Source of the DNA: Mobula hypostoma
Taxonomy: Eukaryota
Direction: 5' to 3'
Assembly: GCF_963921235.1 (NCBI RefSeq)
Contig: NC_086097.1
Location: 9,734,001 to 9,798,000, forward strand
DNA length: 64,000 bases
Below the pieces are notes generated by a model. It was not told the DNA's origin. It worked only from the letters and a program-made list of their open reading frames with translations, and ran no database searches. Numbering within the stretch: the stretch's first letter is position 1; each line of letters starts with the position of its first letter. The position numbers and the translations under genes are program-made. Of the stretch, positions 12,055-24,361 are shown one piece after another.

Positions 12055-15000
12055 ATTCGGTCTGTGGTCAGGGACAAGAGGGTGTGACTGCGAGTGGGGC
12101 GGGTAGTGGGGTCCAAGAGACAGTGCTGAAGGAGCCTCAGCCCTTGAGCTTGTGCAACAGGTCTGAGATTCTTGCTCCCTGTGTGGATAAGAGTGGGGGC
12201 TGTAGGAAGGATGAGAAACCTCACTGTGGCACCATAGTTCAGGGAGCCATTCAAGAGTGGGAAGAGAAGAGACACGTAGTGGCAATTGGGGATAGTATAG
12301 TCAAGAGAATAGACAAAGTTCTCTGTCGCAGGAGTAGAAAGTCCCAAAGGCTGTGTTGCCTGCCTGGTGCCCGGATTCAGGACATCTTATCTGACCCGCA
12401 GAGGAATTTGAAGTGGGAGGGGAAAGATCCCAGTGTCGTGATCCATGTGGCTGTTAACAACATAGGTAGAACGAGGAACGAGGTTCTGCTGAGGGAATTT
12501 GAGCAGCTAGAGACTAAATTAAAAAGCAGAACCAAAAAGGTGGTAATCTGATTATTAACTGAGCCAAATGCAAACTGGAACAGAGTCAAGAAGATTAGAG
12601 AGTTAAATGTGTGGCTCAAGGATTGGTGTGGGAGAAGTGGGTTTGTATTCATGGGAAACTGGCATCAGTTTTGGGGAAGGAGGTGGCTATTCCATTGGGA
12701 CAGGCTCCACCTGAACTGTGATGGGACTTGGATCCTGGTGAATCGCATAATTTGGACTTGGATAGAGCTTTAAACTAAATAGCGGGGTGAGGGGGGGGTT
12801 CAACAGATTAAGGGGGTATATGGGGTGTCAGGGAGGGGTAGCAGCTCTGGTGGAGGAACATGTCGCGTCCTTTTCAGGGCGGTTAGTCCACCTTTGGTCC
12901 CCACCTGGCACTCAGCTCTCACCTGTGGCTCCTCGTAGCTGTTTGCATGCGACAGTGGCCACACCCCAGGCAACGGCTTCGACAAGCCGGCTAAACCAGG
13001 TGAGGGTAGCCGACGGGTCTCAAACCCTCGGTGAGATAGGGAGTTGTCTATCCCAGCATGTGAAGACAGACTCCGGCGGATTGAGCCGACAAGACCAATG
13101 GAAGGTCCAACGGTCAAGAAGGCAGTCTCTGCAAGCGTCGTGGAACGTGTAGAGCAGGACAAGACACAGAAGCTGTCCTGGTCATCCATTGCGCCTAGTC
13201 CCATCTCCAGCCGTCTAGACTCTGTCTTGCCACTGGACCCAGATGGGAATTGGGAAGAGAGAGTGAGGCTGATGCTGCGCAACTCTCCCTCACTTAAATC
13301 CAAATCACGCGCTAGTCTCGACACCATCATTATGGTGTCGAGGTCCTCATCGACGTCAACGATGGACGAACAACAACAACAGATTAAAGAAGTATGGATA
13401 AAGTACAAGAGAAAAGTGTGGATAAAGATAAAGTAAAACCAAAAGTTATAAAAGAGAAAAATAAGGGTGGAGTGCAGAAAAGTCAAGTGCATAAGAGACA
13501 AAGATTACTAGATTTTAAAAGCACAATGAGTATAAGGGCACTTTATTTCAATGCGCATAGTATTCGTAACAAGGTCAGTGAACCTGCAGCACAAACCAGT
13601 ACAAAGGCTATGTTTTAGTGGTCATCAGAGGGTTGCAGGGTGGAGAAGATTGAGAGTTAAATATCCAAGGATATCAGGTAATAGGGAAGGCTGAGCAGGA
13701 AGGTAAGGGAGGTGGGGTAGTGCACTTAATTAAGGATGAGATCAGGACGATAGTGAGAGACGATATAAGATTTAAGGAGCAGAATGCTTATTCCATCTGG
13801 ATAGAGAATAGGATTAGTAAAGGGAAAAAAATCACTAGTGGGAGTTGTCTATAGGCTACCGAATAATAACATTACAGTGGCACAGGCAATGAACAGAGAA
13901 ATATCTGAGGCATGTAAGAATGGAACAGCAGTTATCATGGGGGACTTTAACTTGCACATAGATTGGGAGAATCAAGTTGGTCGAGGCAGTCTTGAGGAGA
14001 ACTTCATAGAATGCATATGTGATAGCTTTCTTGAACAGCATGTTACTGAACCTACAAGTGAACATGTTATCTTGGATCTGGTCCTGTGCAATGAGACAGA
14101 TCAAATGAGTGATCTTGTAGTTAGGGAACCTCTTGGAAAGATTGATCACAATATGATTCAGTTTCTCATAAAAATGGAGGGTGCAATAGTTTGATCTAAA
14201 ACCAGTGTATTATGCCTAAACAAGGGAGACTAGATGAGGGAAGAGTTGGATAGGGTAGACTGGGAGCACAGGCTATGTGGTGGGATGATTAAGAAGCAGT
14301 GAAAGACTTTCAATGAGATTTTTCTCGGTGCTCAACAGAAGTATATTCCAGTTGAAAGCAAGGACAGTAAGGGTAGGGAGAGTCTGTAGTTTGGAAAATG
14401 CTTGAAGCTATTATTAAAGAAGAAATGGCGGGGCATCTGGAAAGAAATGGATCCATCAGGCAGACACGGCATGGGTTCAGCAAAGTTACTGGTCCTGTCT
14501 GACAAACTTATTGGAGTTCTTTGAGGATACAATGAACGCAGTGGATAGAGGAGAACAGATTGATGTTGTTTACTTGAATTTATAGAGGGCTTTCGATAAG
14601 GTGCCACATAAAAGACCTATCCACAAGATAATGATGCATAGATTTTGGAGTGATGTATTAGTGTGGATAGAGGATTGGTTAACCAATAGAAAGCAGAGAG
14701 TTGGGATATATGGATGTTTCTCTGGTTGGCAATCAGTGATAAGTGGTGTGCCACAGGGGTTGGTGCTGGGCCCACAACTGTTTGCAATATACATTAACGA
14801 TCTGGAAGAGGGGACTAAGCTTAGTGTATCTAAGTTTGCTGGTGACACTAAATGGAGTGGAAAAGCAAATTGTGCAGAGGATATGAAGCATATGCAGAGA
14901 GATAGAAATAGGTTAAGTTAGCGGTCAAGGATCTGGCAGGTGGAGTACACTGTTGGTAAAAGCGAGGTCATCCACTTTGGAAGGAAAAATGTAAGATCAG

Positions 15001-15720
15001 ATTATAATTTAAATGGTAAAAGATTGCAGCACGCTGCTGTGCAGAGGGACTTGGGAGTGCTTGTGCATGAATCACAAAAAGTTGGCTTGCAGGTGCAGCA
15101 GGTTATTAAGGTGGCAAATGGAATGTTGGCCTTCATTGCCAGAGGGATTGAATTCAAGAACAGCGAGGTCATGGTGCAACTGTACAGGGTACTGGTGAGG
15201 CACACCTGGAATACTGTGTGAAGTTCTGGTCTTCTTACTTCTGGAAAGATATATTGGCTTTGGAGGCAGGGCAGAGAAAGTTCACCAGGTTGGTTCTAGA
15301 GATGAGGGGGTTAGACTATGAGAAGTGATTGAGCTGTCTGGGACTGCACTTGCTGGAATTCAGAAGAATGAGAGGAGATCTTATAGAAACATATAAAATT
15401 ATGAAAGGCATAGATAAGACAGAGGCAAGAAAGTTGTTTCCACTGGTAGGTGAGACTAGAACTAGGGTACATATCCTCAAGATTCCTGGGAGTAATCCTC
15501 TGCCCAATGAAGCAGTGGAGGCTACCTCAGTAAATATACTTAAGACAAGGTTGGATAGATTTTTGCGTTAGTAGGGGAATTAAGTGTTATGGGGAAAAGT
15601 CAGGTAGGTAGAGATGAGTCCATGGCCAGATAAGTCATGATCTTAATAAATGGCAGAGCAGGCTCGACAGGCTAGATGGCCGACTCCTGCTCCTATTTCT
15701 CACGTTCTTATGTTCCATGT
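12055..15720 (+). mobile_element. Long degenerate CR1 LINE with ORF1 esterase, APE endonuclease and RT remnants
   Basis: VVAIGDSIVK..CCLPGARIQDI..VVIHVAVNNIG (SGNH/GDSL-like ORF1); GVVYRLP..VIMGDFN..LDLVL..DHN (APE); [21 protein letters not shown] (RT). Confidence 0.9.
12812..13376 (+). mobile_element. Young non-autonomous retroelement, probably RTE-derived, inserted in CR1
   Basis: 11-bp TSD CAACAGATTAA (12801-12811 and 13377-13387), (CAA)n tail, high CpG retention, 3' stem-loop. Confidence 0.7.
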
Positions 15721-16949
15721 TCTTATATAGTATACTATGTATAAAAAAAAAGACTGGAGAAAAATACATTACATATATCAGTTGAGACGTATTCTATATT
15801 GATTTGGATTTTATTGGTAAGCAGGGAGGAATGACACAGCACTAAACTGAACTGAAGTAAACTGAACATTCCTAGACTGTTTCAAGAACTATGTGGTTTG
15901 ATGTTTTATATTCTGTGTTTTCTTCATTTTTTGCCATTTACATGTTGTTTTCTTTTTTTGCCTTTTGGGTGTTTGCTGTTTTATTTGAACAGAGACCATG
16001 GTGTTTCTTTATTCTGTGGCTGTCTGTGGGGAGAAGACTCTCAGGTTGTATACAGCGTACATACTTCAGTAATGAATGGACTTTGAATCTTTGAGGGGAG
16101 TAGTGTTTTTTAATATTTCAATAATATTTGAGTAATGAAAATATATTGTTTGGTTAAGCATTCTTTATTGTTTACATAATTCATTATGGGCTCTATGTCG
16201 GAAGTATGTGAATGGCGTACGTTATTACACCACAATAACACATATGAGTGCCTGACTAAACAAAATGAAAATTAAGCATTTGATTATCCCCAGCTCCCGT
16301 GTTTTTCTTTTGACTAGTTTCTGGAGTTACAAGACATAACATGTTCCATGAAGGATTTTATATCATCGGCCATTTCCAGCATTCTTCTTCTGTTTTGTGG
16401 ATTCTGTAATAGCTCCAACTTGCATTTCACCACTTCTACAAATTCCTTTGCTTTTTTTTTTTCTCTTACTCTCTGTAGCTCCTCTTATTAATCTATCAAC
16501 CAGACAGCTCTGTACACTTAGGGGTCAGAGTGATTCCTTTTGTTCTATCCACACACCTGCGTTTCTGCAACTTAAAAATAATTCTCTCTTTTGTAAATAA
16601 CAGATGATGAGTGCTCCCAAGATTTGCCCATTTTGATTTCTTGTCACCTATGTTGATTTGGGGAATAAGAAAATGTAAATTGAAGAAATGTTCTCTGCAG
16701 TGTTAAGACTTTCAGGTATAATATGCAAGCCTATGCAACTTTTTTTTTAGAATTCATAAAGATCTTTCAATTTTACTGCTGCTGCCAGTTCTTTCTTGAA
16801 TTTTACCTTTTTTGGATTTTAAATCAAGTGAATCTCTTAATACCCACGGATTCAACCTTTACATTGAAATGACCATCATATTTCTTTATCTTCTTATGTT
16901 CCTATTACCATCAATTCTATTTTTATGTTGCTGTTACAATCAATTCACT

Positions 16950-17225
16950 TGTGTCTGCCTATTACTTTCCCCTGGGACCCTTCTCCTTTCCTTTCTCCTA
17001 TTGTCCACTCTCCTCTCCTATCAGATTCTTTCTTTTCCAGCCCGTGACCTTTCCCACCCACCTGGCTTCACCTATCACCTCCCAGCCAGCCTCTTTCCCC
17101 TTCCCTCTCCTTTTTATTCTGGCATCTTTCCCCTTCTTTCTCAGTCCTGAAGAAGGGTCTCGGCCCAAAACTCTATTCCATAAATGCTATCTGTCATGCT
17201 GAGTTCCTCCAGCATTTTGTGTGTG
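16950..17225 (+). mobile_element. Penelope-like 3' UTR fragment
   Basis: Pyrimidine-rich UTR followed by CAGTCCTGAAGAAGGGTCTCGGCCCAAAAC (decayed hammerhead) and GAGTTCCTCCAGCATTTTGTGTGT. Confidence 0.75.
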
Positions 17226-17449
17226 GTACCATCAATAATATTTGGAATCAGATAGAAAATAAGAACAAAGGCAGGAGAAGCAGGAGAAGATTATTTGACT
17301 TTCTGAGTTTTCTTCGTCACTTAATTAATTCATGGCTGATTCTATGCCTTGGCTACATTCTTTCAAATTGCTGGGAGAGGGTGCGGAAAAGATTCACAAT
17401 GAAGTTATCTGGACCAAAGGCCTAAAATTGTGAGAGACTGAATCGGCTA

Positions 17450-17940
17450 CTATCAGGTAGGAGGAGCAACACCTCATCTTCTGTCTTAGTAGTCTTCAAC
17501 CTAATGGAATGAACATAAGTTTCTCTAACTTCCAGTAACTATTCTCTCTCTCCCATCCATCTTCTTTAACTCCCCAGCTGGCTCCCCTTTAACTCTCCTT
17601 TACTCCTCAGCTGCCTATCATCTCCCCAGGGTCCCTTCCTCCTTCCCTTTCTCCCATGGTCCACTTTCCTCTCCAATCAGATTCCTTTTTCTCCAGCCCT
17701 TTAGCTTTTACACCTATCACCTCCCAGCTTCTCACTTCATACCCCTGCCTCCACCCATTTGGCTTCACCTATCACCTCCTAGCTTGAGCTCCTTCTCCTC
17801 CGCCACTTCTTATTCTGGCTTCTTTTGCCCTTCCTTTCCGGTCCTGAAGGCATGTCTTGGCCTGAAACGTCAACTGTCTATTTCGTTCCACGAATGCTGC
17901 CTGATCTGCTCAGTTCCTCCAGCATTTTGTGTGTGTTGCA
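17450..17940 (+). mobile_element. Penelope-like ORF end plus 3' UTR
   Basis: EEQHLIFCLSSLQPNGMNISFSNFQ* matches the C-terminus of the 51489 ORF; decayed hammerhead at ~17840-17876. Confidence 0.8.
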
Positions 17941-18214
17941 ATGAATAGACCGAGATTGTTTTCCCTAGAATGAACAAGACTGAGGGGCGACATTATAGAG
18001 ATTTATGAAGTAAACTATTCCTGCAACCGAGACTCACTTTCAAGGACTCCTGATCTCATGTCCTAGAGATGGGGGAGGTGGGAACAGCAGGAACTCAGAA
18101 CCCCTCCTCCAATAAGCATCCAATCAGCATGTGTATGTATCTTCACAGATGTGTTATTGAAACACTGTTCCAAAAGCTGTTGAAATTAACTTTCTGGGAA
18201 GAAGTTCTGTATTA

Positions 18215-18283
18215 TACAATACAATGCAAAAGTCCTAGGCACATAGTTGTATATATGTGCCTGAGACTGTTGCACAGTACTGT
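18215..18283. mobile_element. Tiny palindromic Tc1-like MITE
   Basis: TGCAAAAGTCCTAGGCAC...GTGCCTGAGACTGTTGCACAGTACTG; related units at 48460-48535, 48935-49010 and 61395-61420. Confidence 0.6.
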
Positions 18284-18309
18284 TGGTGATATATGAATAC
18301 TGAGAGCAT

Positions 18310-18800
18310 GTCCATAAGACCATAAGACATAGGAGCAGAATTAGGCCATTTGGCCCATCGGGTCTGTTCTGCCATTCAATCATGGCTAATCCTTCTTTCT
18401 TCTCCTCCTCAACCCCAGTTCCTGGCCGTCTCCCCATAACCTTCAATGCCATGTCCAATCAACCTATCAATCTCTGCCTTAAATACACCCAACTACCTAG
18501 CCTCCACAACTGCATGTGGCAACAAATTCCACAAATTCATCACCTGGCTGAAAAAAATTCTCCGCATCTCTGTTTTGAAAGGGTGCCCCTCTATCCTGAG
18601 GCTGTGCCTTCTAGTCCTTACTCTCCTACCATGGGAAACCTCCTTTCCAAATCTACTCTGTCTAGGCCTTTCTATGTTCAAAAGGTTTCAATGAGATTCC
18701 CTACCCCCTCCCCATCCTTCTGAATTCCAGTGAGTACAGACCCAGAGCCATCAAATTTTCCTCATATGATAATCCTTTCATTCCTGGAATCATCCTTGTG
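18310..18800 (-). mobile_element. CR1 3' fragment
   Basis: RTRRHSLRIEGHPFKTEMRRIFFSQ..NLWNLLPHAVVEA; (CCATAAGA)n tail at ~18312-18330. Confidence 0.85.
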
Positions 18801-18846
18801 AAAACATAAAAAATACAGTGGAATCTGTTTGTCCAGGCACATACAA

Positions 18847-19879
18847 ATAGTTCAGTGCTACAATTCGAAGCATGGAATGAGATTCATGGGCTCAAATATG
18901 TAAGCTATCTTATCTATTTATATTTATTGTATTTTTCATTATTCTCTTATTTTGGGCTGCATCAGATCTGGAGTAACAATTATTTCCTTCTCCTTTATAC
19001 TTCTGAACTGAAAATGACATGAACCACTCTTGAATCTTGAATCTTGAATTTCCAGGCAATGACTGCCATCACAGTCCCGACCCCCATACCTGCTATGTCT
19101 GTGCTTCCCTGAGGATATTTTCCAGAAGAAGCTTCCTAAAGCTACCTCTAATGTGGTCCATGAGGCCCACTGGAGCACATATCCTCAAGCCAAAGGAAAA
19201 GGTTTTATCACAAAAAAGCTTTAACAGCCAGTTAAGCCATTCCCCACAGTCTGACAGCACCTCAGTGTTTAAAAACCTCTTTGATATTCAGAGATATTCA
19301 AGCTCATTCAAAACGATTAAAAATTTATTTTCCTATTTAAAAATTTAAAGATAATTAATTTTGTTTTAAAAATAGATCGAATTGCCACTCAAAATGAAGA
19401 TAAGTAAGTACATTTAAATGCACAAGTTGCTTCATATCCCTCATTATAGTTATTTATCTCTATAGGTGTCAATAATCTTAAACCAGTCCATCCTCCTGTG
19501 GTTTCAGTGGGCAGCTTCCCTGGTTCAATTAGTATTATGAGATTTCAATATTCTCGGCACAGTGCGGAGCTTCCCGGCAGTTATGGAGAGTCACCCTGGC
19601 ATTTGCACTCAAAACTCTCCGCATTTCTTTGGAAAACCTCGGCCAATAATTGCCACACCGATGCCACTATTTCAATGCAAGTATGATCAAACATCAAGGA
19701 GGTATAAAATACTAGCTGCCACCAATCGTCGTGACCTCCATAGCCAACAACATATATCCTTAACACAAAATCATATCAGGAGCATAAACTTCAGAGCATT
19801 GTAATATTATATGATTCTACAAATGAGATTTTGAGCCCATGAATCTCATTCCATGCTTCAAATTGTAGCACTGAACTAT
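18847..19879. repeat. 50-bp inverted repeat pair (18847-18896 and 19830-19879)
   Basis: ATAGTTCAGTGCTACAATTCGAAGCATGGAATGAGATTCATGGGCTCAAA and its reverse complement match at 49 of 50 positions. Confidence 0.9.
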
Positions 19880-20904
19880 GAGATGTGTTTTGGTGCCATA
19901 TTTTACAGACAGTGGTTATCATGGTGGAAGCTGACAGATTACACTCTCTATGCCATTAATCTCTCCCCAGTATCCATTATTTAACTGGTATCTCAGTGTA
20001 ATGTTGAAGCATTCACACATAGCTTGCATTAAGATGATAACAGTGGTGTTCCAAAGTCACTTTTGAGGGTATAGCTAACCTGATCAGAATATAATTCGGT
20101 CCTTTTTTATTGTGACAAATTCCTGTGTTAAAGGTTTTCTAGTGGCAAGTATTGTTTCAAATTGAATTGTGTTTTTATAGCTACAGTCTATCTGACATCA
20201 ACTGGCTGTGTCAATGGAATTTCCACTCCCTGATGCCAGTTTAGTTCTAGCAGTTAGCTTTAGGAAAATGAAGGGAAATATCACATATGGTACTACATGG
20301 TTACGGGGCACCACAGTAGAGTACTGCTTAGTGCAACACAATTTCAGTTTAGGGTGTTATGGGCTTTGAAGTTCAATAAAGGTTTATTTAATTATCAAAG
20401 TATGTATGCAGAATGCAACTCTGAGATTTGTCTTCTCCAGACAGCCATAAAATACAGAAAAACCATTGAAGCAGTTAAAAGAAAGACGTCAATCCTACCC
20501 CGCACTAAAAGAAGAAGAATCAAAAGCTTGTAAATCCCAAATCCCACCAACCCCTCTCTTGCACAAAACTAACAGATCACCTACATATAGAAACAACAAG
20601 AACATCAAACCCCAAAAACCCCAGCCCACCAATCAACAACAAGAAAGACTGGGCCAGAGCGTGAGAAAAAGGGTCGAGCTGAAAGAGGCCAATATGAACT
20701 ACAGTTCAATCCATAAATCACAGAATTTCAGTAACATCTCCAAGAGCATCAGGACCCAGCGAGGGCAGCGGCCCCTCCAAGGCAGTAAGGAGCTTGTACA
20801 TCCCCTGTGGACATGTGGGTTTCTTACAGCTGCTCAGGTTTCCTCATACATTCCAAAGGTTAGTATGTTCACTGGCCATTGTAAATTGTCCTGTGATTAG
20901 GCTA

Positions 20905-21370
20905 GAATACCATAATTTCTATGGGTATGAAACTCAGAGTGTTACGGTGCTATATTCATTCCACACTAACACGTGGAAGCGAATGTTGGACAATATCAGA
21001 GCAAAATGAGGGAAGGCTCAAAGCAGCAGAAATGTGTTTTTTGAGAAGAATGATGAAAGTATCGTGAAAGGACAGAGTAACAAATCAGGACATGTTGCGA
21101 AAAGCCAGAATAAGAGGAGAGCTGACAACATCAATCAGGAAATGACAGCTGGAATTTCTGAGATGTACTGAGGACAGAGAAGCTCATACTTCTTGCAGTG
21201 ATGGGAAGAAAAAGTCACAGCTGACAGCAGAGCATATTCATGAGTTACATCAAGGGATGGACAGGCAAAAGTTTTGTAGAACTTCTGAGGATTTCTCAGA
21301 TTAAAAACGGATGGAAAGTCATGATCACCTATGTCATAAGAAATGGCACATAAAGGTGATAATGATGATT
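20905..21370 (+). mobile_element. RTE-clade LINE 3' fragment
   Basis: AAEMCFLRRMMKVS*KDRVTNQDMLRKA..IRK*QLEFL, typical of the RTE RT C-terminus; (GAT)n-like tail. Confidence 0.75.
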
Positions 21371-21599
21371 AGACTCAGGTTGAATAGGTGGGATTCTGGG
21401 TAATGTGGTTTATTTTCCACATTGTAGCTCAAACTAAAATAAAATCCTTGATGAATGGTTCCAATGAATGAAATGAGGAATGTGGATTTTAAAATAAACA
21501 ATTTTGATTGTAATCACTTTGAACAGTGAAGTTTAATGTGATTCACTGATTACTTTGTTAACAATTGAATTACTGTGTGGTCAAATTTCAACTTGCCCG

Positions 21600-22065
21600 T
21601 TATGTACCTTCCCGCCATTGAGCACATCTACAAAGAGCACTATCGCTGGAATGCAGAGTCCATCATCAGGGATCCCCACCATCCAGACCATGCTCTCATC
21701 TTGCTGCGCAAGTGGCACACCACCAGGTGCAGGAATAGTTGTTACCCCTCAACTATCAGGCACTTGAACCAGTAGGATAACTTCACTCATCTTCACTCGC
21801 ACCATCACTAAACTCTTCCCACAAACTATGGACCTAACTTTAAGGACCGTTCATCTCATGTTCTCAACATTTATTGCTTATTTCTTTATTATTATAATTA
21901 TTTGTCTTCTTTTCTATTGTATTTTCAGAGTTTGTTGTCTTTTGCACTTTGGTTGATTGCCCATCCCGTTGGGTGCAGTTTTTCAATGATTCTAATACGT
22001 TTCTTGGATTTACAAAGCATGCCTGCAAAAAAATGAGTCTCAGGGTTGTACAACTTTGAACTTTT
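21600..22065 (+). mobile_element. Rex1/Babar-type 3' fragment
   Basis: LPAIEHIY..AESIIRDPHHPDHAL..RNSCYPSTIRHLN, then AT-rich UTR and (TTGAAC)n tail. Confidence 0.7.
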
Positions 22066-22324
22066 GATCCATGCACTATCAGCAAAACATTAGATTTCAG
22101 AACCTATCAAATGTTGAAAAGCCTAAATAGAGTAGATTTGGAAAAGATGTTTCCTATGGTAGGGAAGAATATATGGGTGGGCATCAGAATAGGGGGACAT
22201 CTATTTAAAACAGTGATAAGGAGGAATTTCTTCAGCTAGAAGATGATGAATCTGTGGAATTTATTGCCACGGATGGCTGTAGAAGACATTGAATATACTT
22301 AAAGAGGAGGCTGATACATTCTTG

Positions 22325-22580
22325 ATACCTTATACTTTATACTTTATTGTTGCCAAACAATTCATACTAGAACGTACAATCATCACAATGATATTTGATT
22401 CTGCGCTTCCTGCATCCTGGATTACAAATATTAAATATTAATAATAGTAAAAATTAGTAAATATTAAACATTTAAATTATAAATCATAAATAGAAAACAG
22501 AAAAATGGAAAGTAAAGTAGTGCAAAAAAACCGAGAGGCAGGTCCGGTTATTTGGAGGGTACGGCCCAGATCCGGGTCAG
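22325..22580 (-). mobile_element. LINE 3' tail (same family as 33985-34310 on +) inserted in a CR1 fragment
   Basis: Reverse-complement match to 34050-34300 (CCTGACCC.GATCTGGGCCGTACCCTCCAAATA...CAATAAAGTATAA). Confidence 0.75.
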
Positions 22581-23383
22581 GGTATCAAAGGTTATGAGGA
22601 TAAGGCAGGAGAATAGGGTTGAGAGGAATAATTAATTAGCTATGATGGAATGGTGGAGCAGCGTTTTTGAATTCCCCTCCTATGTCTTATGATCTAAAAT
22701 TAAACAACAGTCAAACCTGTAAATTCACACAACTGGGTGTACAGTGAAGACAATTCTGTCTTATTTAAACACTCAGATTGTGTGTGCTTTTTCCTCACAG
22801 ATGTATCTGAGCTCCTGCATCCTCCGGGATAGTCTCATGCACTCCAGGACTGCTGTGTACCTACCTGTTCTCAAATCATTCCAAAGTGTTGAAATCTTGT
22901 TAACACATTTGCATTCTTCACCACAGAAACCCAGCAGCCTTTTGTTGCAAACCTAGTGTACTAGCACTCCATGAATGTAGTGGTACTTACACAGAATGTA
23001 TTGTTTTAGGAATAGCACCATCTAGTGTGAGGAGAATTACACAATAGGAATAATCATAATATCACTATAGTTTCAGTTTCAGAAACAGAATCAGGTTTAA
23101 TGTCACTGGCTTATGTTGTGACATTTGTTGTTTTGCAGCAGCAGTACAATGCAATACATAATAAAAAACTACAATTTACAATAAGGAAAATATATATAAT
23201 TCAATTAAATGAGTAATTCAAAAAGAGAGCAAAAAATAATAGTGTAGTGTACATGGGTTAAATGTCTATTCAGAAATCTGATTGTGCAGGGGAAGAACTT
23301 GTTCCTAAAATAGTGAGCATTACTCAGGTAATTCATATGTGACTATTTTGTGAAGAATTTAGACTTTGTGTTGCATCTGTATA

Positions 23384-23761
23384 GGGTAGCAGGGTGGAGA
23401 TACATCTCTTCCAAAGGAGGTGTAAGGTATTCCTTCCCTCTGCTAGCCTGCAAGTCACCCTTGGGCAAGGTGTAGCACCTGCTTAGCCCCCCAATCAGGG
23501 TCAGGTAAAGCCACGGGAGCAGATGGTGAACAGTCGTATGAGCTGCTGGTGCATATCACAAGTCCTGTTTATGCGACCACTAATGCTAGGCAGACAACCT
23601 CTGAAGAGTATTGGTTATGGCTGGGGTCACCCCGCTTGTAAAGACACTGCCCAGAAGAAGGCAATGTCTTTCTGAAAACCACTGCTGCAGAAAAAATTGC
23701 CAAGAATAATGATAGCTATGATCTCCTATGTCATACGATATGGCACAAAATAAACGAATGA
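23384..23761 (+). mobile_element. ~380-bp RTE/Bov-A-like non-autonomous retroelement, copy 1 of 4
   Basis: Contains a GAAGAAGGCAATG..AAACCACT motif resembling RTE-BovB/Bov-A; homologous copies at 39724-40102, 57389-57751 and 58402-58772. Confidence 0.7.
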
Positions 23762-23831
23762 GCATTGTTTCTATAACACTTGACCCAATTGAACAGTACT
23801 GTAATAGCTGCTATCTATCTCTGTATCAGCA

Positions 23832-23923
23832 CAGCGCAGAACAGGTCCTTGTAGCCCAGAACGCAGCGCAGAACAGGTCCTTGCAGCCCAGAACGCAGCG
23901 CAGAACAGGTCCTTGCAGCTCAG
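23832..23923 (+). repeat. 32-bp tandem repeat, ~2.9 copies, in a V-SINE tail
   Basis: Unit CAGCGCAGAACAGGTCCTTG(T/C)AGCCCAGAACG starts at 23832, 23864 and 23896. Confidence 0.9.
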
Positions 23924-23976
23924 TGGGTTGCACTGCCTAGCAACCCACCTATTTAACCCTAGTCTAACCACAGGAC

Positions 23977-24361
23977 TCTGGGCAGATGGGGCTCGTTAAC
24001 CACGGATGGTAGCTCATCCAGGAGAGGGAAAACTCTGATTTCAATCCTCTGCTGCCTTGCGGCCATACCCGTTCACGGGAAAGGCTTTGGGAGTAAACCC
24101 CAAGGAAAAATCCGGAGTCGGATCCCCGAAGGTGGTTGACTGCTGTAACCAGCATCGGCATGGCAACTCCTGCGAGGCTGCTGGCACCAAACTGTATCAA
24201 CATCCGTCATTCCTTTGGACCTGTCATCAGCATGGAGAGGGGGTCCCACTGCATGGGCAACAGACGGATCTCCATATCAACTCTGCCCTGGCGAGGCCAC
24301 TCCCAGTGACTACCAGAGGCGCAGTACCTATGGTCAACCATGACCAACAGAGGCCACAGAG
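23977..24361 (+). mobile_element. RTE-related non-autonomous element inserted in a minus-strand V-SINE
   Basis: TSD AACCACAGGAC (23966-23976) vs AATCACAGGAC (24362-24372); its 3' part resembles the tail of the SINE at 62047-62357. Confidence 0.6.

Larger units (their letters stand above)
8375..16342 (+). mobile_element. Fragmented Gypsy LTR retrotransposon split by nested insertions
   Basis: gag-like start MAGCIGKIDTFD...YFDANE...ESISAYVAELKKL...RDHLVCGI at 8375-8930; decayed zinc knuckle ~11200-11280; pol-like KIQAVLDAPTP..FLGFANYY and WQWTKQCEAAF..YDPHCPVKLTCAAS at 11740-12050; purine tract and AT-rich LTR-like segment ending ..AACA at ~16100-16342. Confidence 0.7.

Noticed and set aside
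11904..12551. 215-aa ORF as a host esterase gene
   Set aside because: Chimeric read-through from a Gypsy pol remnant into CR1 ORF1.
12787..13501. Overlapping 121-233 aa ORFs
   Set aside because: They cross the boundaries of a GC-rich insertion and show no recognisable domain.
23832..23923. CRISPR-like 32-bp repeats
   Set aside because: Units are contiguous with no unique spacers, there are no cas genes, and the context is a eukaryotic SINE.
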